Assembly: GCF_009914755.1 (NCBI RefSeq)
Contig: NC_060939.1
Strand: one strand, 5' to 3'
Source: the human T2T-CHM13v2.0 reference genome, Homo sapiens
DNA length: 64,000 nucleotides
The position numbers were made by a program, and so were the translations under genes. Below the pieces are notes generated by a model. That model ran no database searches. It was not told the DNA's origin and worked only from the letters and a program-made list of their open reading frames with translations. Of this stretch, positions 53,221 to 64,000 are shown piece after piece. The stretch's first letter is position 1. Each line of letters opens with the position of its first letter.

Positions 53221-54944
53221 TTGGTCAGACAAATGCTCTGCAGTCTGTTGCCCAGGCTGTCTTGAACTCCCGAGTTCTAGCGAACTGCCCGCCTCAGCCT
53301 CCGAAATTGGAGCTGCCACAACCAACGGTCCTCCAGGTGTCATTGACAGATTTTAGTATACAGGGTGTTTCACCATATTGCGAATTTCAACCCAGGAATT
53401 TGAAGCTGCGTTGACCCAAAGTCGCACCACTCCGCTGCACTGCAGTCTGAGTGATAGAGGAAGACTCCATCGCTAAATAACTAGATAAATAATAAAAACA
53501 ATAACAATAATGACAAACAATATTACAAAGAAATAATAACAAACACCAATAATAATAAACAGACTCGTGGGAATGAAAAAATATAAAAGGTAATTTAGAT
53601 CACAATTAATTGTAGTTAATTTCAAGGAAATTTTTTTCCTTAACCTGTCTCTCTTAATTTCTGAAACACTCAGACTGGAGGGCAATGGCATGATCACGGC
53701 TCACTTCAGCTTCGACATCACAGAATTCAGTGATTCCTGTAGTCTCAGCCACTTGGAAGCCTGAGATAGGAAGATCACCTGAGGGAGCCCTGGAAAGTTG
53801 AGGCGGCGGTGAGCCGAGATTGCATTCTTACACGCCAACCTGTCTCAAAAAATATAAATAAATAAAAGTAAAAGTAAAACAACAGCAACTTCAGTGTGTA
53901 GAAAGAGGAGCAAGAAAAATAAAAGAAAAACAAAACGAAGAGCAACTGAAAGTACTGTGGAAACAATTGGAGAGGAAGAAACAACGCAAGGAAAAAGGAA
54001 CACCTAGTGAATGCGGGCGGTACTGCTGCTGACCAAAGTTATCTGGTCTACCTTAGAAATCCCAAGTTGACGGTCAAGTCCAACGCTTGCCGCGGACATC
54101 AGGTGGACACGGCGACCCGAGACCTGAGGACTGGGGCCTTAGGCCCTGGTCCCTGGTCTTCCAGGCAGAGAAGCTGGCAGCCGTGTCAACTGGATGTTGC
54201 TTGCTTCCCACAGGCGGTCGACTCGCGGGCTGATCGAGAAGCCAAATGCCAGTATCTAATCGACCGTGCCCACCCTAAAGGCCAAATGTGGTGCTCGCGG
54301 ACAGAAGTGGTCAGATGCAGCTGGAACCTTATCACACAGAACCGGCCCAGCTTTGAGGCCATCTAACTCGGCAGACCTGCCAGCCATTCCCCCGCAGGCC
54401 GCTGGTTGACCTGGGCAGCGGAGAGGAGTAAAGACACAAGGGTGGTGACTGGCTAGTCTTTCATCCCAGCGCACCTGGGGCGGGGAGAGGGACTGTGACA
54501 CCAACAGCCACCCACGGGCACGTGCGAACACTACTCGGACAGGGACTGCAGGGGCACAACCTCTGACACCCGCGCCTCAGTCATTCGCACCAGGCTCGAA
54601 GAATCCTTTCCCAACCGGTGGAGGAATTCCCAGCGGGGTGGGGGAAAGAAGCTCAATCAGAGAGGTAGAACATCGAACAGGGGCGCCAATCCTACCTCGG
54701 CAACCCCCAGCACTGCATCTTGGAAAGCCCGCTGGTGGGGACCGGCGCCTCCCAAATGCACGGCGGGCGCCAATGAAATCTTGCGAGAGACAGCGGCTGT
54801 ATGCCCCGGGGCTCGGGGGTGGGGGGTCATGAGCAGGCCCGGGAACTAAGTCCCCGCGGGCAAAAGGAGGGAAGAAGGAAGTTAGATGTAGAGTGCTGAA
54901 TTACACAGGACACGCCACAACACCAGGTTTCCCGCACACTGGTT

Positions 54945-55885
54945 GAGAGACCCTTGTGTGGAGGGCTGACTTTCAATAGGTTGCAGTGAGGGAGTTGCTC
55001 TGCTCCACAGGAAACCCTGACCCAGAAGCACGGCATTTACAAATAGTATAGTATCACATTCCCCATAAACACGTTATGTGATGGGTCAAGGAGCAAACGC
55101 CTTTCTGGCCGCACCCCGTTTTTTAGGACGAGGGGCTCTCTGCACCAGAGCCAGGTCTCGGGGCACAGCGGGGCGGAGAGTCCGGCCGGTGGAAAAGGCG
55201 GGGGACCGCCTATCTGAGGCCAACCGAGGCTTGCCGGTGCTGTTGCATCCTTTCTTCTGGGCGGAATTCTGACTTAGAGGCGTTCAGTCATAATCCCACA
55301 GATGGTAGCTTCACCCCATTGGTTCCTCAGCCAGGCACATACACCAAACGTCTGAACCTTTGGTTCCTCTCATGCTGAGCAGGATTACTATGGTAGCAAC
55401 ACATGGGAAATAACACATGGAGAACACACACAGTAAAACTAACCTTTCTCAGATGGGTCTAACCATGATGCTTTCCAGGGCATGCACTCCGCTTTCAGGC
55501 GAATCCATTCCACTTTTCCTTGCCCTTCACAAAGAAAAAAGAACTCGCTGGCTGCAGTGGCTCACGCCTGTAATCCCGGCACATTGAGAGGCTGAGGCCG
55601 ACGGATCACCTGATGTCAGGAATTTGAGTCCAGCGTGGCCAACATGATTAAACCCTGTCTCCATGAAAATACAAAAATTAGCTGGGCATAATAGTGGATG
55701 CCTGTAATCCCAGCTCCTCGGTAGGCTGAGGCAGGAGAATTGCTTGAAACCAGGAGGCGGATGTTGCAGTGAGCCGAGATCGCTCCCTCGGGCTCCAGCC
55801 TGAGCCTCTAAGCGAGACTCCATATCAAAGAAGAAAAAAAGAAAAAAAAAGAAAAGGGAACTCTCTCTAGGGCTCCCATCTGCTT
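54945..55885 (-). rRNA. RNA28S: Second 28S rRNA pseudogene fragment (3' ~520 nt fused to an internal piece; interrupted by an Alu)
   Basis: 54945-55464 parallels 36144-36637. 55461-55546 and 55864-55885 parallel ~38224-38335. Confidence 0.9.
55547..55847 (+). mobile_element. AluS inserted into the 28S relic
   Basis: Full dimer with imperfect TSD AAAGAAAAAAGAACTC / AAAGAAAAGGGAACTC. Confidence 0.9.
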
Positions 55886-56227
55886 TTGCAGAATCAGAGA
55901 ATGTGATTGCCAGCAAAGGTTGAGGGGAGGGCGCAGGGGACAAAGGAGGGAGGGGCAAAGGCTGGAGGCTCAATAGCTCACTCCAAGTTTGGTGGAGACA
56001 GCTTATGAAACAAGCTTACTCTGGAAATTACACAGAATTCATAGTATTATTGCTTCTTTGAAAGGTGAGCGGTTCATGATTTTTTTCTCAGTATTTATTC
56101 ATTTACTTGTAGTAAGGGCCATTTAGTTTCATACAGTTTACATACAACTGGTTTCACTGTATCTGCAGATTTAGGATAGTTTTTCTTAATGATAAGTCCT
56201 AGGGAGGAGCTACAATGCACTTTCTGT

Positions 56228-56804
56228 TGTGAACCCTGAAAACTTGAGAGAGGTCTCAGTTAATTTACAAAGTTTATTTAACCAAGGTTCAGGACTCACA
56301 GCCGTGACACAGCCTCAGGTTGTCCTGAGGACATGTGCCTAAGGTAATCAGAGAACATTATCGTTTTATACATTCTAGGGAGACATGAGACATCAATCAA
56401 CGTATGCAATATGAACATTTGTTTGGTCTGCAAAGGCGGGACAATTTAGCAAAGGTGTGAAGACTCAAAGCGAAGAGGGGACTTCCTGGTCACAGGTAGT
56501 TAAGAGACAAATGGTTGCATTCTTTGGAGTTTCTAATTAGCCTCTCTAAAAGAGGCAATCAAATATGCATTTATCGCTTGAAACCGGGAGGCGGATGTTG
56601 CAGTGAGCCGAGATCGCTCCATTGGGCTCCAGCCTGAGCGTCTGAGTGAGACTCCATCTCAAAAAAGAAAAAAAAAAAAAAAAAAGGAAAAGAGTAGAGG
56701 AGTGACTTTGAATATAATGGCAGGTTGGCCCTAAACAGTTGCCAGCTTGACTTTTCCCTTTACTTTAGTGATTTGGAAGCCGCAAGATTTATTTTTGTTT
56801 CACA
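56228..56804 (-). mobile_element. MER4A-family solo LTR (ERV1)
   Basis: TG...CA termini. The minus strand begins TGTGAAACAAAAATAAATCTTG...AATCACTAAAGTAAAGGGAAAAGTCAAGCTGG, matching the recalled MER4A start. Confidence 0.8.
56573..56690 (+). mobile_element. Alu right-arm fragment inside the MER4 LTR
   Basis: ATCGCTTGAAACCGGGAGGCGGATGTTGCAGTGAGCCGAGATCG...A-tail, no clear TSD. Confidence 0.88.
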
Positions 56805-56884
56805 CAATTTTTAAAACCCAGGTAGAAGTGTTCATTCTTATTAAAAAAAAAAAGAAAGAAAGAAAGAAAGAAAAACAAATGATA

Positions 56885-57200
<316 letters not shown>

Positions 57201-57727
57201 AATCAGACCCAGCCAGGGTGGAGGTTTCCTATGCAACAAGGCACTGGGGGAGGGAGGGAAGGAGTGCCTCTGAAGTTAGAGTGGGGCCCTAGAGAAACCA
57301 GTTTTCCCTGGCTGTGTGCAGGCGGCCAGTTTTGGTGTGATGCCTCCGTTTTCAATAACAGTGACCGCTAGGTGACACCAAATGACAACCGAACGACATG
57401 GCAGCCTGGAATGAGTGGGGTCCCTGGTTTAGGGGTTGTTGAGGAAGGAGAAGGAGATGGAGGCACATGAGGTGCCGGTCTTCTGATCTTTCTTGGATTA
57501 TGATTCCGGGCCCGGGACACCCTCCCACACAGTCCCCACAGCTCTTCAACCATCGTCCCTAGGGAAAAGATTATCAGTTCTCAGAAAACATTCAGACAGG
57601 CACGCACATGCGCTCACGTGAGCACATGATAAGTATACAAGTTTACATCATGATAGTGAGTTTTCTTTTACAAAATGTCTTCGTGATGCATTTCATTACA
57701 TAGTATTGTTGAAAACATCAAACTGTA

Positions 57728-57930
57728 GGAGTGAGCACAGTGGCTCATGCCTGTACTCCCAGGACTTCTGGAGACCAAATGGGGCAGGATGGATAGAGGC
57801 CAGGAGTTTGAGACTAACCTGGGCAACACATCGGGAGAGATTACCACTACTTAAAAATATTGCCCAGCAGTGTGGCACATGCCTATATTCTCAGCTACTC
57901 AGGAAGCTGAGACAGAAGGATTGCTTAGGC
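57728..57930 (+). mobile_element. AluJ-like fragment
   Basis: CAGTGGCTCATGCCTGTACTCCCAG...GAGGCCAGGAGTTTGAGACTAACCTGGGCAACA. Confidence 0.8.
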
Positions 57931-57939
57931 AATCCTACT

Positions 57940-59146
57940 ATAAAAGTTTTTAAAAGTTAAACTTTAAAAACTCTTGGGAAAAAGCGTAAGCAAAAATCTT
58001 ATAACATTAAATTTCGTGACGGTTTCTCAACTGTGACACCAAAAGCATAGGCCAGAAAATAAAAAAACAGATAAATTGGACTTGATTTAAATGTGAAACT
58101 TTTCTGATTTTTTTATATGAAAAACACTCTGTTGTTCGTGTTTTTTGATACAAAAAAACCCCACCTCTACTAAAACTTGATACAAAAAGCATGAACAAGA
58201 CAGTGAAAAGACAACCAGCAAATGGGAGAAACAATTTGCAAAGCATCTAACTGATTGGGTACATAAGGTAAAATATAATAAGCAGGATATAAAAAGAACT
58301 TTTAAAGCTCAACAACAAAATGAAACAACAACAGCATTTATAAAAGGGCAGAGGACTTGAATCTACATTTGGTCAATAAGTCTACAGAAAAATGCTCAGC
58401 ATCACCAGTTATGAGGGACATGGATATCAAAACCACGACAAGTTACCACTTTACATATATTAGAGTGGCTATATAAAAACCAAAACAACAAAAATGAAAA
58501 AGAACAAGTATTGGAAAGGATGTGGGGCAAGTGAAACCCTGGTACATGGCTGGTGAGAATATAAAATGATTTGTTGACTCTGACCAATAGTTTGGCAGTT
58601 TATCAGAAAGTTCTACATAGAATTACCATATGTTTTGCAACAGGTGGAACAGTTCCATATGTCCCAATTACAGGTCTATACAAAATAATTAAAAACAATG
58701 ACATAAGCTGCAACCTCTGCCTCTGTGGATTAAGTGATCCTTGTGCCTCAGTCTCCCGAATAGCTGGGACTACAAGCATGCACCACCAAGCCCAGCTAAT
58801 TTTTGAATTTTTAGTAGAGATGGGGTTTTGCCATGATTCCATGGCTGGTCTCGAACTCCTGAGCTTAAGTGATCTGCCTGCCTCAGCCTCCCAAAGTTTT
58901 GGGATTACAGGTGTGAGCCAACATGCCTGGCCTCTGTTATTCAATCTAAGAACTGCATGCAGAGATGTGTTCAGGTTTTAAAATTTTATTCACTTATGCA
59001 CTGATACTTTCACACCAAATTTTATAGCAGCATCATTTACAGTAAAAAATGTAAAAACAAATCCAGATATCTTCTAAGAGACAAATGGACAAAGAAAATA
59101 TGGTATATACACATAACAGAACATTATTTATCCTCAAAATGAATGC
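57940..59146 (+). mobile_element. Old L1 (L1M-type) ORF2-end/3' fragment, interrupted by an Alu and the L1PA
   Basis: GACACCAAAAGCATA, ATAAATTGGACTT, GAAAAGACAACC..AAATGGGAGAAA.AATTTGCAAA, AAATGCTCAGCATCAC. Confidence 0.78.
58708..58932 (-). mobile_element. Partial antisense Alu
   Basis: CTGCAACCTCTGCCTC...GGGATTACAGGTGTGAGCCAACATGCCTGGCC. Confidence 0.88.
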
Positions 59147-60177
59147 GGGGGCGAGGATCCAAGATAGCTGAATAGGAACAGCTCTGCTCTACAGCTCCCA
59201 GCGTGAGTGACGCAGAAGATGGGTGATTTCTGCATTTCCAACTGAGGTACCGGGTTCATCTCACTGGGGAGTGCCAGTCAGTAGGTGCAGGACAGTGGAT
59301 ACAGCACACCGTGCAAGAGCCAAAGCAGGGCGTGGTATTGCCTCACCTGGGAAGCACAAGGGGTCAGGGAATTCCCTTTCCTAATCAAAGAAAGCGGTGA
59401 CAGACAGCACCCGGAAAATTGGGTCACTCCCACTCTAACACTGCACTTTTCCAATGGGCTTAAAAAATGGCACACCAGGAGATTATATCCCGCTCATGGC
59501 TTGGAGGGTCCTATGCCCACTGAGCCTCACTCATTCCTAGCACAGCAGTCTGAGATCAAACTGCAAGGTGGCAGTGAAGCTGTGGGAGGGGTGCCTGCCA
59601 TTACTCAGGCTTGAATAAGTAAACAAAGTGGCCGGGAAGCTGGAACTCGGTGGAGCCCACCACAGCTCAAGGAGGCCTGCCTGCCTCTGTAGGCTCCACC
59701 GCTGGGGGCAGGGCACAGACAAACAAAAAGACAGCAGTAACCTCTGCAGACTTAAATATCCCTCTCTGACAGCTTTGAAGAGAGTAGTGGTTCTCCCAGC
59801 TCACAGCTTGAGATCTGAGAATGGACAGACTGCCTCCTCAAGTGGGTCCCTGACTCCTGAGTAGCCTAACTGGGAGGCACCCCCCAGTAGGGGCAGACTG
59901 ACACTTCACACAGCTGGGTACTCCTCTGAGACAAAACTTCCAGAGGAACGATCAGGCAGCAGCATTTGCGGTTGACCAATATCCGCTAGTCTGCAGTCAC
60001 GACTGCTGATACCCAGGCAAATAGCGTCTGGAGTGGACATCTAGCAAACTCCAACAGACCTGCAGCTGAGGGTTCTGTCTGTTAGAAGGAAAACTAACAA
60101 ACAGAAAGGACATCCACACCAAAAACCCATCTGTACGTCACCAATGTCAAAGACCAAAGGTAGATAAAACCACAAAG

Positions 60178-61155
60178 ATGGGAAACAAACAGAGCAGAAA
60201 AACTGGAAACTCTAAAAATCAGAGCACCTCTCCTCCTCCAAAGGAACACAGCTCCCCACCAGCAATGGAACAAAACTGGACCAAGAATGACTTTGATGAG
60301 TTGAGAGAAGAAGGTTTCAGATGATCAAACTACTCTGAGCTACAGGAGGAGATTCGAACCAATGGTAAAGAAGTTAAAAACTTTGAAAAAAAATAGATGA
60401 ATGGATAACTAGAATAACCAATGCAGAGAAGTCCTTAAAGAACCTGATGGAGCTGAAAAGCAAGGCACGAGAACTACTTGACCAATGTGGAAGCCTCAGT
60501 AGCCGATTGTGATCAACTGGAAGAAAGGGTATCAGTGATGGAAGACAAAAGGAATGAAATGAAGCGAGAAGAGAAATTTAGCAAAACAGAATAAAAAGAA
60601 ATGAGCAAAGCCTCCACGAAATATGGGACTATGTAAAAAGACCAAATCTACATCTGATTGGTGTACCTGAAAGTGACGGGGAGAATGGAACCAAATTGGG
60701 AAACACTCTGCAGGATATTATCCAGGAGAACTTCCCCAATCTAGCAAGGCAGGCCAACATTCAAATTCAGGAAATACACAGAACACCACAAAGGTACTCC
60801 TCAAGAAGAGCAACTCCAAGACACATCATTGTCAGATTCACCAAAGTTGAAATGAAGGAAAAAATGTTAAGGGCAGCCAGAGAGAAAGGTCGGGTTACCC
60901 ACAAAGGGAAGCCCATCAGACTACATCTGGGGGCCAATATTCAACATTCTTAAAGAAAAGAATTTTCAACCCAGAATTTCATATCCAGCCAAACTAAGCT
61001 TCATAAGTGAAGGACAAATAAAATACTTTACAGACAAGCAAATGCTGAGAAATTTTGTCACCAACAGGCCTGCCCTAAAAGAACTCCTTAAAGAAGCACT
61101 AAACATGGAAAGGAACAACTGGTACCAGCCACTGCAAAAACATGCCAAATTGTAA
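60178..61155 (+). pseudogene. L1 ORF1p remnant
   Basis: ATGGGAAACAAACAGAGCAGAAAA start; NTLQDIIQENFPNLARQANIQIQEI; ends CATGCCAAATTGTAA; disrupted. Confidence 0.9.
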
Positions 61156-61218
61156 AGACCATTGAGGCTAGGAAGAAACTGCATCAACTAATGAGCAAAA
61201 TAACCAGCTGACATCTTA

Positions 61219-64000
<2,782 letters not shown>

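Overview
Human/hominoid pericentromeric or acrocentric-type heterochromatin. I find no intact protein-coding gene. Left to right: (1) 1-20,859 is a diverged HSat3-like (CATTC/CACTC)n satellite carrying ten co-amplified 64-bp Alu fragments. (2) ~20,860-50,475 is a nearly complete but decayed 45S rDNA repeat on the minus strand. It has the intergenic spacer (IGS) with its CDC27 retrocopy, which is interrupted by a 5'-inverted L1, then GA-rich tracts, Sal-box terminators, 3'ETS, 28S, ITS2 and 5.8S. A deletion removes almost all of ITS1 and the 3' end of 18S. 18S, 5'ETS, the Pol I promoter and the upstream spacer follow. (3) ~50,476-55,885 is a second, more decayed and collapsed rDNA relic in the same orientation (IGS pieces, Sal-box remnants, 28S pieces). 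(4) The rest is a MER4 LTR, Alus, an old L1 and a 5'-complete, dead L1PA that runs off the window. Most interesting signals: a dense series of 2-9 bp repeat-collapsing deletions in the rRNA-coding segments, resembling TOP1 transcription-associated mutagenesis; and a CDC27 retrocopy that preserves an intronically polyadenylated, C-terminally truncated mRNA. Comparisons with human rDNA, L1, Alu and CDC27 references are from memory and need alignment. Species and chromosome cannot be fixed from the sequence alone.
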